Shown here: positions 28,703 to 38,489 of the stretch, in pieces
How positions within the stretch are numbered: the stretch's first letter is position 1
Layout of the letters: each line of letters begins with the position of its first letter
NCBI GenBank assembly: GCA_036012755.1
Contig: DASCPX010000157.1
Coordinates: 1 to 64,000, forward strand
Origin: Myxococcota bacterium
GTDB taxonomy: Bacteria > Myxococcota_A > UBA796 > CAJQPC01
DNA length: 64,000 nucleotides
Direction of reading: 5' to 3'
Notes under the pieces: generated by a model
Told to the model about the DNA's origin: nothing
Databases searched by the model: none
What the model saw: only the letters and a program-made list of their open reading frames with translations
Program-made: the position numbers and the translations under genes

Positions 28703-29835
28703 TGGCGCCCCCTCAGCTTGGGATCGAGGGCATCCCGCAGGCCGTCGCCGAGCAGGTTGAAGCTCATCACGGCCGCCACGATCATCAGCCCCGGGAAGAC
28801 GGTGATCCAGGCGCCGGAGCGCATGTACTCGCGGCCGTCGTTGACGATGGCGCCCCAGGTCGAGGTGGGGGGCGGGACGCCGAGGCCGAGGAAGGACAGG
28901 GCCGCCTCGACGAGGATGGTCGCGCCGATGGCAAGCGATGCGTGGACGATGACCGGAGCGAGGGCGTTCGGGACGAGGTGAACCAGGATGATGCGCCAGT
29001 TCGGGAGGCCCAGGGCCCTGCACGCCTGGACGAAGTCCTGCTCCTTGAGGCTGAGGATCTGGCTGCGCACGATGCGCGAGACGCCCATCCAGCCCGTGAG
29101 CCCGAGGATGACGACGATGAGGAAGATGCTCTGGGCGCCGGCGCTCCGGAAGAAGCCCACGATGGCGAGCAGCAGCACCAGGCGGGGCAGGCTGAGCAAC
29201 AGGTCGACGACCCACATCAGCCCGCCGTCGACCTTGCCACCGAAGTAGCCGGCGATGGAGCCGATCAAGGTGCCGAGGGTGGCCGAGATGGCCACGGCGA
29301 TGAAGCCGATGGAGAGGCTGATGCGCGCCCCGTACATGACCCGCGAGAAGAGGTCCCGGCCGAACTCGTCCGTGCCCATGAGGTGAGCCCAATGTGGGGC
29401 TGCCAGGGACGGGCCGACGTCGATGGCGTCCGGATCGAAGGGGGCGATGAAGGGGGTCAACAGCGCCAGGAAGACCAGCACGTTGACGAAGTGCAGGCCG
29501 AAGACGCCAGTGCGATTGCGGCGGAACTGCTTCTTGATCTCCCGCCACTGGCTGTTTTTATCGACCTCCGGGTCGAAGGGAGCTGGCTGGTGGAGGCGGA
29601 ACGCCGTGTGCCAGCAGCCAACAGCGATGAGGATCCAGCTGGCCAGGGCCACCCAGGGGTGAAGCTGGAAGCCGCCGGCCTCCGGCGGAGGGAAGAGGAG
29701 CTCGGGGAGGCGCGGAAAGCCCGCGATGGCCGACCAGGCGAGCAGCCCGACGTAGAGCATCAGGCCGACGCCGTTGATGGCGTCGCCGCTGAGGAGGTGC
29801 CCCAGGCCGGGCAGGACCAGTCCAGCCTTCTTCAT
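28699..29835 (-). CDS. Peptide ABC transporter permease (OppC/DppC-like) with extra N-terminal TMs
   Basis: [40 protein letters not shown]. Confidence 0.93.
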   Translation of the reverse strand: MKKAGLVLPGLGHLLSGDAINGVGLMLYVGLLAWSAIAGFPRLPELLFPPPEAGGFQLHPWVALASWILIAVGCWHTAFRLHQPAPFDPEVDKNSQWREIKKQFRRNRTGVFGLHFVNVLVFLALLTPFIAPFDPDAIDVGPSLAAPHWAHLMGTDEFGRDLFSRVMYGARISLSIGFIAVAISATLGTLIGSIAGYFGGKVDGGLMWVVDLLLSLPRLVLLLAIVGFFRSAGAQSIFLIVVILGLTGWMGVSRIVRSQILSLKEQDFVQACRALGLPNWRIILVHLVPNALAPVIVHASLAIGATILVEAALSFLGLGVPPPTSTWGAIVNDGREYMRSGAWITVFPGLMIVAAVMSFNLLGDGLRDALDPKLRGRH

Positions 29836-30929
29836 CAGCTGTACCGGATGCGTGGGTCGACCACGCTGTAGAGCAAATCGGCGATGAGGTTGCCGGCGAC
29901 GACCAGGAGCGTGAACACGAAGAAGCAGCCGATGATCACCGGCGTGTCCTGCGTGAAGATGGCCGAGACGATGAGCCGCCCCATGCCGGGCCAGGCGAAG
30001 ATGGTCTCGACGAGGACCGAGCCGGAGAAGAGGAAGGGCAGCTGCAGGCCGAGGATCGTGATGATCGGCAACAGGGCGTTGCGCATGCCGTGCTTCACGA
30101 TGACCTTCCACTCCGGCAGGCCCTTGGCTCGCGCGGTGCGGATGTAGTCCTGCCGGATGACCTCGAGCAGGCTGGAGCGCATGTAGCGGGCGATGCCTGC
30201 GGCTCGCGCGATCGACAAGGCGACGCCTGGCAGGATGAGGTGTTTCATCCTGTCCAGGATCTGTTCGCCCGGCGACATGTAGTCGTACATGACGGCGTCC
30301 ACCATGCCGCTGGTCGGCAGGATGGGGAACTTCAGCGTCAAGATCAGCTGCAGCATGAGCGCCAGCCAGAAGCTGGGCATCGAGTAGAAGAACAGCGAGG
30401 CGATGCTGATTCCGCTGTCGGACCAGCCGTACTGGCGCACAGCCTGGATCGAGCCGAGGGTGACCCCGACCAGCTGCATGATGATGATGCTCATCAAGGC
30501 CAGCTGGATCGTGTTCGGCAGCGCCTCCATGACGATGTCGAAGACAGGACGCTCCTGGAAGATCGAGCGCCCGAAGTCCAGCCCCGCCGTCGGTCGCCCG
30601 ATGCGGTCGTAGCCGCTGGCGTCCTCCTCCAGGGGCCCGGCCGGGCAGGCGTACCAGGGCAGCTCGTCCTCGGCTGACCAGGGGTTCTCGCCGCAGAACA
30701 CCGTGGGGATGGTGAGGTTCCGCATCAAGATGACGTAGCGCTCGTGAGCGGGGCGATCTAGGCCCCACTTCTTCTCGATGAGCTGCCTGACCTCGGGCGG
30801 GGTCTCAGGGGTGAAGAAGCGGTCGGTGGCGTCACCCGGCGAGAGCTCCACGAGCACGAAGATCAGCGTGATCACACCCAGCACGAGCGGGATGGAAAGC
30901 AGGACCTTCCGTAGGGCGTACCCGAACAT
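29835..30929 (-). CDS. Peptide ABC transporter permease (OppB/DppB-like)
   Basis: DYIRTARAKGL, ETIFAWPGMG, DLLYSVVDPRI. Confidence 0.95.
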   Translation of the reverse strand: MFGYALRKVLLSIPLVLGVITLIFVLVELSPGDATDRFFTPETPPEVRQLIEKKWGLDRPAHERYVILMRNLTIPTVFCGENPWSAEDELPWYACPAGPLEEDASGYDRIGRPTAGLDFGRSIFQERPVFDIVMEALPNTIQLALMSIIIMQLVGVTLGSIQAVRQYGWSDSGISIASLFFYSMPSFWLALMLQLILTLKFPILPTSGMVDAVMYDYMSPGEQILDRMKHLILPGVALSIARAAGIARYMRSSLLEVIRQDYIRTARAKGLPEWKVIVKHGMRNALLPIITILGLQLPFLFSGSVLVETIFAWPGMGRLIVSAIFTQDTPVIIGCFFVFTLLVVAGNLIADLLYSVVDPRIRYS

Positions 30930-30935
30930 CAGGAC

Positions 30936-32726
30936 TCAGTGCTTGTACTTGACTTCTTCGGTCGGGACCCACCAGCTCCGCAAGTTGCGGAAGGCCGAGA
31001 GCACGTCGACCTTTGCGTCCTTGAAGCGGCTGTGGACCCCCACGATCTCGTCCATCCAGTAGAGAAAGGTGTAGGGCTGGTCCTCGTAGATCCTGGCCTG
31101 TGCCTGCTTCCACAGCGCGGCGTTCTTCACCGGGTCGGGCTCCGCGATGGCGCGGTCGATGAGGTCGTCGACCTCTGGATCCGCGTAGCTCGTGAAGTTG
31201 AACTCGTACTTGTCGCCCGAGTGCCAGATGTCGGTCATGTCGACGAAGAGACCTGCGGACCAGCCGGACAGGGCGGCCTCGTAGTCCTTCTTGCGCAGGC
31301 GCTCGAAGAAGGTGTTGGCCTCGATGGTCTCGATCTGCATGTCGACGCCGACGTCCTTGAGCTGCGCCTGCATGATGATGGCGCCCTTGGCGCGGCGGGG
31401 GTTCCCGCTGTTCGTCATCAGGGTGAAGCGGAAGGGCTTGCCGTCCTTGTCGAGGACACCGTCGCCGTCGGTGTCGGTCCAGCCGACGGCTGCGAGGTCC
31501 GCCTTGGCGGCTTCGGGGTCGAAGGCGATGGGCTGGATGTCGTTGTTGTGGACGCTGCACAGGGCCGGGGTGATGGTCGAGACCGACCGCTTCGCGTAGG
31601 ACTCGCCCGTGACCTTGGACGTGAGGAGGTCGTTCATCATCTTGTCGACGTCGACCGCCTTCGACAGGGCGATGCGGGTCTCCTTGTCACCGAAGATGTG
31701 GTGGCGCTTCACGTCCTCCCACTTCCACTCGGGATCGGTTCCGCGCGCTTCCTTCTTGGCTTTGTAGTCCTCGAAGTCGAGCTGGTTCCAGGCGACGTAG
31801 TCCTGGGACCGCCAGCCGCGGCGGTAGAGCTTGATCTCGGGGTGCTCAACGGCGAGACGGTCCGCGTCCTGGACGAGGATCGCCTGCATGAGGTCGACCT
31901 GGCCATTCTCCAGCTCGACGAGGCGAGTGGCGTACTCGGGCAGGATCTTGAAGATGACGCGCTCGATGCGCGCAGCGTCCTTGGGGTCGCCGGTGAACTC
32001 CTCGTTGGGCTCGAGCACGATGCGCTCGTCCGGCTTCCAGTCCGCGACCTTCCACGGGCCGGTGATGATGGGGTTCCGGCTGAACTCGTGGCCGCGAAGC
32101 GTCGCGCGGTCAGCGTCCTTGAGGACGTGATGGGGGACCGGGGTGAAGCCCGCGTGGGCCTCCATCGTGATGCGGTCGTAGGCGTGGTCGAAGCGGAACA
32201 CGACCGTGTGGTCGTCCACGACCTCTGGTGCGCCCTCTTCCATGTGCTCGATGTAGGCCATGCGGGGGCTGGCGACGACGGGGTCAGCGATGAGCTCGTA
32301 GGTGAAGTCGATGTCCGCCGCCGTCACGGGCGTTCCGTCGGACCACATCACCCCGGGCCGCAGCTTGACGGTCATCTCCGTCTGGGCCTCGTTCCACTCC
32401 CAGGACCCGTAGACCCCTGGACCGTAGGTGAGCTCGCATTCGAACTCCGGGTTGGTCGGGGTGTAGTTGATGTTGTTGATGATCATGCCGTCCGCGGCGG
32501 TCTGGTGGACGACGGAGTTCAGCACGTCGGCGTCCGACTGGTAGGCGATGACCAGCGTGTCTCGGGTCCCGCCGAGCTCCTCGACGGTGGGCTCGTTGCC
32601 GAAGCCACGATCCTTCGGCGCCTCCGGGACGGCATCCGGCGTGTTGTCCGGGCTGGGGTCGACCGTCTCTCCGGAGCAGGCGGCGAGGGCGACGAGAGCA
32701 CTGGCGAGAAGGACGTGGCGCAGCAT
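30936..32726 (-). CDS. Peptide ABC transporter substrate-binding lipoprotein (family 5)
   Basis: LAAC lipobox; LRPGVMWSDGTPVTAADI, GPWKV, DTDGDGVLDKDG loop. Confidence 0.93.
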   Translation of the reverse strand: MLRHVLLASALVALAACSGETVDPSPDNTPDAVPEAPKDRGFGNEPTVEELGGTRDTLVIAYQSDADVLNSVVHQTAADGMIINNINYTPTNPEFECELTYGPGVYGSWEWNEAQTEMTVKLRPGVMWSDGTPVTAADIDFTYELIADPVVASPRMAYIEHMEEGAPEVVDDHTVVFRFDHAYDRITMEAHAGFTPVPHHVLKDADRATLRGHEFSRNPIITGPWKVADWKPDERIVLEPNEEFTGDPKDAARIERVIFKILPEYATRLVELENGQVDLMQAILVQDADRLAVEHPEIKLYRRGWRSQDYVAWNQLDFEDYKAKKEARGTDPEWKWEDVKRHHIFGDKETRIALSKAVDVDKMMNDLLTSKVTGESYAKRSVSTITPALCSVHNNDIQPIAFDPEAAKADLAAVGWTDTDGDGVLDKDGKPFRFTLMTNSGNPRRAKGAIIMQAQLKDVGVDMQIETIEANTFFERLRKKDYEAALSGWSAGLFVDMTDIWHSGDKYEFNFTSYADPEVDDLIDRAIAEPDPVKNAALWKQAQARIYEDQPYTFLYWMDEIVGVHSRFKDAKVDVLSAFRNLRSWWVPTEEVKYKH

Positions 32727-32871
32727 CCGCAGGGCCTCCACAAGGGGGGCGTGCCCATAACGGACCACGCTCGTGCGCGCGCAACATCGAGGCCCTCGTC
32801 GACCAGTGGTGATGGTGCCTCGATTCGGGCGCTGCTACGCTCGGCGCCGACCGGCTCTCAGAAGGACCTCT

Positions 32872-34353
32872 GTGGCGGACAAGAAGAAGACGCGCATCCT
32901 CTACGTGAAGTACCACGAGGCGGCGGATCAGCAGCCCCTGTCGAAGAAGGCCGCGGAGAAGCTCGGGGTCTTTCCCAGCATCCCGCTGTTGTCGCTCGCT
33001 TCGTGGACGCGCCAGCATGGCTTCACGGTCGACTACCTCGACCTGCACGCCCGCAACTCCCTGGTCGCGGACGCGGCGCCAGAGGTCACCGCCTTCGAGC
33101 CCGACATCGTCGGACTCACCGCAAAGACCCTCGGTTGGCCCGCGGTCATCGAGATCGCGCAGATGGTCCGCGAGGCTGCTCCGAACGCGGTCATCGTGGT
33201 CGGGGGACCCCACCTGACGCTCTACGCCTCCGAGTCCCTGACATGGGAGTGCTTCGACATTGCCGTCGTCGGCGACGGCGAAGAGACGATGCTCGAGATC
33301 GCAGAGCGCTTCGAGGCCGGGAAGTCCCTGGAGGAGATCCCCGGGACCGTCTACCGGAACAAGGCGGGCCGGATCGTCAAGTCTCCGCCGCGCCCGCTGG
33401 CCAAGAGCATCAACGCCTACCCGATGCCGGCCTGGGACCTCATCGATCTCGACGCCTACCACTGCCTCACGCTCTTGAAGCCCTTCGCGACCATGGTCAC
33501 GACCCGTGGCTGTCCGTGGCACTGCGGCTACTGCTCGCAGGTCTACAGCGAGAAGCTCCGCTTCCGAAAGCCCGAGCTCGTCGTCGACGAGATGGAGTAC
33601 CTGGAGGGTGAGCACGGTGTGAAGGAGATCGTCTTCTTCGACGAGACCTTCACCATCGGCAAGAAGCGGATGCGCAAGTTCTCCAAGCTCGTCCAGGAGC
33701 GTGGGCTGAACGTCAAGTTCAACATCCGCGCTCGGGTCGACACGGTCGACCAGGAGGTCTTGACCTGCCTCAAGGCGGCGGGGCTCCGCAGCATCCACAT
33801 GGGCGTCGAGGCCGGCACGGACCGGCTGCTCAAGATCATGAACAAGCAGATCACCCGCGACCAGACCACGCGCGCCTTCCGCCTCGCGCGCGAGGTCGGC
33901 ATCGAGACCCGCGGCTACTTCATGATCGGCTACTACGACGCCACGCCAGACGACATCGAGGAGACCATCGATTTCGCTGCGTCCCTCGGCCTGGACTGGG
34001 CCAGCTTCTCGGTCGCCACCGCGCTTCCGGGGACCGACCTGTACACGGTCGCCCAGGAGCGGGGCTACGTCGACGGCGACTTCTGGCGCGAGTACACCGT
34101 CAACGGCGGCGGCCGGCTCCCCCAGCTGGAGACCGAGACCTTCACCGCCGAGCAGCTGCGCGCCTACCGGACGAAGGCCTACCTGAAGTTCTACATGCGC
34201 CCGGACCTCATCCGTCGCAAGCTCTCGAAGGCCGAGGGGCGCGAGGAGCTGATGGAGATGCTCGGCGGCGCCACGGTGCTCAGCGAGATCGTGAAGAGCA
34301 CCGTGCTGAAGAAGATCCCCGAGGTCCGCCTGGGCAAGATCGCGACCGTCTAG
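32872..34353 (+). CDS. B12-binding domain radical SAM enzyme
   Basis: VVGGPH and GDGE cobalamin-domain motifs; TRGCPWHCGYC; FFDETF; YFMIG; PGT. Confidence 0.92.
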   Translation: MADKKKTRILYVKYHEAADQQPLSKKAAEKLGVFPSIPLLSLASWTRQHGFTVDYLDLHARNSLVADAAPEVTAFEPDIVGLTAKTLGWPAVIEIAQMVREAAPNAVIVVGGPHLTLYASESLTWECFDIAVVGDGEETMLEIAERFEAGKSLEEIPGTVYRNKAGRIVKSPPRPLAKSINAYPMPAWDLIDLDAYHCLTLLKPFATMVTTRGCPWHCGYCSQVYSEKLRFRKPELVVDEMEYLEGEHGVKEIVFFDETFTIGKKRMRKFSKLVQERGLNVKFNIRARVDTVDQEVLTCLKAAGLRSIHMGVEAGTDRLLKIMNKQITRDQTTRAFRLAREVGIETRGYFMIGYYDATPDDIEETIDFAASLGLDWASFSVATALPGTDLYTVAQERGYVDGDFWREYTVNGGGRLPQLETETFTAEQLRAYRTKAYLKFYMRPDLIRRKLSKAEGREELMEMLGGATVLSEIVKSTVLKKIPEVRLGKIATV

Positions 34354-34355
34354 CG

Positions 34356-35191
34356 CTAGGTCGCGGCAGACCCGACGACCACCCGGTCGTTGTTGGACAG
34401 GTCCTTCAGGACCGATGGCTCCAGCCCCGCCTCACGGAACAGGCCCGAGACGGCGTCGCCCTGGTCGTGTCCGATCTCTACGAGCACCGCTCGACGTGCC
34501 CGAGCGGCAGCGGCGGGGATCAACCGGCGGTACACGTCCAAGCCATCGGCTCCCCCATCGAGGGCCTCCCGCGGCTCCCACTTCGAGACCTCCAGAGAGG
34601 ACAGCTCCGCGGTGGCGATGTAGGGCGGATTCGAGACCACGACGTCGATCGGCCGCGAACGCGGGATCGGGGCCAGGAGGTCGCCGCGCAGCACCCCGAC
34701 GCGCGCCGCGAGACCATGGCCCTCGACGTTCCTCTTCAAGAAGCCAGTCGCCGCCTCGCTCCTCTCCACCGCGTAGAGCTTCACACCCGGTCTCTCCAGG
34801 GCCAGCGTCAGCCCGACGCACCCGGTGCCGGCGCCGATGTCCGCGACGAAGACCTCGTCGCCCTCGCAGTGCTCCAAGGCCGCCTCGACGAGGATCTCGG
34901 TGTCGGGTCGAGGGATGAGCACCCCAGCTCCGACGGCGAAGTCCCGCGAGTAGAACTCACGAGAGCCGACGATGTAGGCGTAGGGCTCGCCCCTGGCTCG
35001 TCGGGACAGCGGCTCGCGGATCGCAGCCAGCTCGGCCTCTGCCAGCGGGCGGTCGAACTTCATGAACAGCTGGAGCCGCTCCATCTTCAGCGCGTGGCTC
35101 ATCAGGAGCTGGGCCTCGAACTTCGGCGAGGGGATCCCGGCCTTGTCCAGGTACGCCGTGCTCCGGTTCAGGACCTCGAGCAGCGTGAGCA

Positions 35192-35192
<1 letters not shown>
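34356..35192 (-). CDS. prmC: Release factor glutamine methyltransferase
   Basis: LIPRPDTE, DIGAGTG, SNPPY, ALDGGADGL; follows prfA. Confidence 0.96.
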
Positions 35193-36280
<1,088 letters not shown>

Positions 36281-36304
36281 GTGGGTTCCAGGTAGCAGAT
36301 ACAC

Positions 36305-36340
36305 GAAACCCCCGCGGGCCGGGGGCCTCGCAGGGGTCTC
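36305..36340 (-). terminator. Stem-loop between rpmE and prfA
   Basis: GAGACCCCTGCG pairs with CGCGGGGGTTTC; short U tail. Confidence 0.55.
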
Positions 36341-36349
36341 TCGGCGGGG

Positions 36350-36610
36350 CTACGCCTCGTGCTTGAGGCCGTACTTCCGGAGGAAGCGCTCGACGCGGCC
36401 CTCCGTGTCCATGAGCTTCTGCTTGCCGGTGAAGAAGGGGTGGCTCGCGGAGGAGATGTCGATCTTGATGAGTGGGTACTCCTCTCCGTCGACTTCGATG
36501 GTGCCGTCGTACTTCTTGGGATCCATCGTCGAACCAGCGATGAACTGGTAGTCGCAGGTGATGTCCTTGAAGCAGACGAGGTTGTAGTCGGGGTGGATAC
36601 CGGCCTTCAT
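36350..36610 (-). CDS. rpmE: 50S ribosomal protein L31, type B-like (no four-Cys Zn motif)
   Basis: MKAGIHPDY, DISSASHPFFTGKQK, GRVERF. Confidence 0.95.
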   Translation of the reverse strand: MKAGIHPDYNLVCFKDITCDYQFIAGSTMDPKKYDGTIEVDGEEYPLIKIDISSASHPFFTGKQKLMDTEGRVERFLRKYGLKHEA

Positions 36611-36622
36611 TGGAGACTCCTT

Positions 36623-36665
36623 TCACCCGGCTACCTGGGACCAGCTGTCCCAGAGAGGGGGGTGA
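36623..36665 (-). promoter_or_regulatory. Structured 5' leader of rpmE
   Basis: Nested stems TCACCC/GGGTGA and CTGGGAC/GTCCCAG ending at the AAGGAG RBS. Confidence 0.5.
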
Positions 36666-36673
36666 GCCGTCCC

Positions 36674-37798
36674 CTAATTGCCCGCGGCGGCGCGCTTGTC
36701 AAGCGCTCCTAGGAGTGCTGCGTTGTTCCGCGTCACCCCCAGCTGGCGGCGAAGTGCGGGTGTGTCGTCGACGGCCAGGCGGAGGGCCTGTAGCCGGACA
36801 GCGTGGTCCTCGCCGACTACCTGGTCCAGGCGGTAGTTCGCGCTGCTTCCCAGGTCGATGGCCGGGTAATCACCTCGGGCGGCGAGGCCGGCGTCGAGCA
36901 GGACTTCCCAGGTGGCCGTTTCGCAGAACTCCTCCGCGACGACCTCGTCCAGGCGAGAGCCCGTTCCGACCAGCAGGCTGGCCACCACCGTCAGCGAGCC
37001 GCCCTCCTCCACGTTGCGGGCCGACGCCAGGATGCGCTTCGCGGCGCTGAGCGCCGATGGCTCCAGTCCGCCCGGGAGGGTCTTCGAGGTGCCCTGGCCC
37101 AGGTGATTCTGGGCTCGACACAGGGCGTTGAGCGAGTCGACGACCAAGACGACGTCGCGACCATGCTCGACGAGTCGCTGGACCCTCGCCAGGGCCATCT
37201 CGGCGACCGAGAGGTGACGCTGCGCGGACTCGTCGAAGGAGCTCCCGAGCACCTGCGCGCTGGCGGTCGCGAAGAGCTCTTCGAGGTCCTCCGGGCGGGC
37301 GCCGACCAGGAGCAGCACGCGCTCTGCCGCCGGGTGGTTGGCTGCGATGCCCTCCACCAGTGCGCACAGCACGCGAGTCCGTCCGCTCCGAGGCGGGGCC
37401 AACAGCAGCCCTCGCTGGCCTCGCCCGAGGGGGGCCACCAGGTCCAGGATGCGGGTCGTCGCGTCGCTCGTCTCGAGGGTGTAGGGCTCGCTCGCTTGCA
37501 GCGGTGTGAGCTCTTCGAAGGGCACCTTCTCCCGCGCCTGGTCCGCGTCGGCACCGTTGATGCTCTCGACCTTGACCAGGGCGAGGTAGCGCTCGTTGTC
37601 CTTTGGCTCGCGCACCACGCCGCGCACACAGTCGCCGTTGCGCAGGTTGAAGCGGCGGATCTGGCTCGGCGACACGTAGACGTCGTCCGGCCCTGGCAGG
37701 AAGCTGTGCTCTGGGTCTCGCAGGAACCCAAAGCCATCCGGGAGGACTTCGATGACGCCTTCGCCACGGCGGCCGCTGGGCGTTTCGGTCTGGGTCAT
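36674..37798 (-). CDS. rho: Transcription termination factor Rho homolog with degenerate ATPase motifs
   Basis: DGFGFLR, DVYVSPSQIRRFNLRNGD, GRGQRGL, ARNVEEGGSLT, YPAID; canonical synteny; catalytic motifs altered. Confidence 0.9.
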   Translation of the reverse strand: MTQTETPSGRRGEGVIEVLPDGFGFLRDPEHSFLPGPDDVYVSPSQIRRFNLRNGDCVRGVVREPKDNERYLALVKVESINGADADQAREKVPFEELTPLQASEPYTLETSDATTRILDLVAPLGRGQRGLLLAPPRSGRTRVLCALVEGIAANHPAAERVLLLVGARPEDLEELFATASAQVLGSSFDESAQRHLSVAEMALARVQRLVEHGRDVVLVVDSLNALCRAQNHLGQGTSKTLPGGLEPSALSAAKRILASARNVEEGGSLTVVASLLVGTGSRLDEVVAEEFCETATWEVLLDAGLAARGDYPAIDLGSSANYRLDQVVGEDHAVRLQALRLAVDDTPALRRQLGVTRNNAALLGALDKRAAAGN

Positions 37799-37861
37799 GT
37801 TCGTGGGCAGGGAGGAGGCCCGGTGGGTGGACCTCGATCTTGGCCTGCGGAGGACTCCCTG

Positions 37862-38476
37862 TCAAACCACCACAGCGCCGAGCCCGCGAAGCAGCTCACC
37901 GTACCAGTCTGCGGCGGCGCGCGCCCTTCCTGGCACCGCGTTGGTGCCCCAGATGACCGACAGCGTCGTCGTCGTGTCGTCGTGTGTCTTGGTGCGCTGG
38001 CTGTCCTTTACCGCGTTCCCGCAGGGACCCTCCGCGTCGTGCAGACAGAGCAGTCCGTCGAGCTTGAGCTCCTGCCCCGAGGCGTTGAACACGTAGGAGC
38101 CAGCCTCGACGATGCCAACGCGCAGCCCTCCTCGGGTGCGGTCGAGGTCCACGACGGTGATCGGGAGCCCCGAGTGGAGGCTGACCGCGTTGCAGGCGTC
38201 CACGGCGGCGTTGATGGAGCCCAGGAAGCCTGCCTCCGCGGCCTTGACGAGGTACTCGCTGGCTGGCTTGTTCCGCCCGCTCGGCTTGAACCCACCGTGG
38301 CGGAGGAGCTTGCGGACGTGGGTTCGAAGCTCCTCGTCTCGAGTGAGGGGTGCCGGCGCGTCGAGCGCGAGCAGATCGACGAGGGCCTGCGGAGAGGGCA
38401 TCGAGGACAGCGGCCGCGGCAACGTGCAGACGAGGGTCGCGGCGTCGAGGAGGGGGTGCGGGTCGAAGGCGAGCAT
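37862..38476 (-). CDS. Stand-alone B3/4 (PheRS-beta editing-like) domain protein
   Basis: GFKPSGRNKPASEYL, INAAVDACNAVS, DAEGPCGN. Confidence 0.85.
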   Translation of the reverse strand: MLAFDPHPLLDAATLVCTLPRPLSSMPSPQALVDLLALDAPAPLTRDEELRTHVRKLLRHGGFKPSGRNKPASEYLVKAAEAGFLGSINAAVDACNAVSLHSGLPITVVDLDRTRGGLRVGIVEAGSYVFNASGQELKLDGLLCLHDAEGPCGNAVKDSQRTKTHDDTTTTLSVIWGTNAVPGRARAAADWYGELLRGLGAVVV

Positions 38477-38489
38477 GCGCCGACCTAAC

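Noticed and set aside
30939..33611. Long ORFs such as the 890-aa + strand frame, and the long N-terminal extensions in the ORF track (10915-13758, 42382-45009, 50249-52540)
   Set aside because: Antisense or off-frame shadows of real genes, expected at high GC; no motifs
36674..36702. TTGACA upstream of rpmE as a sigma70 promoter
   Set aside because: No acceptable -10 hexamer at 16-18 bp spacing
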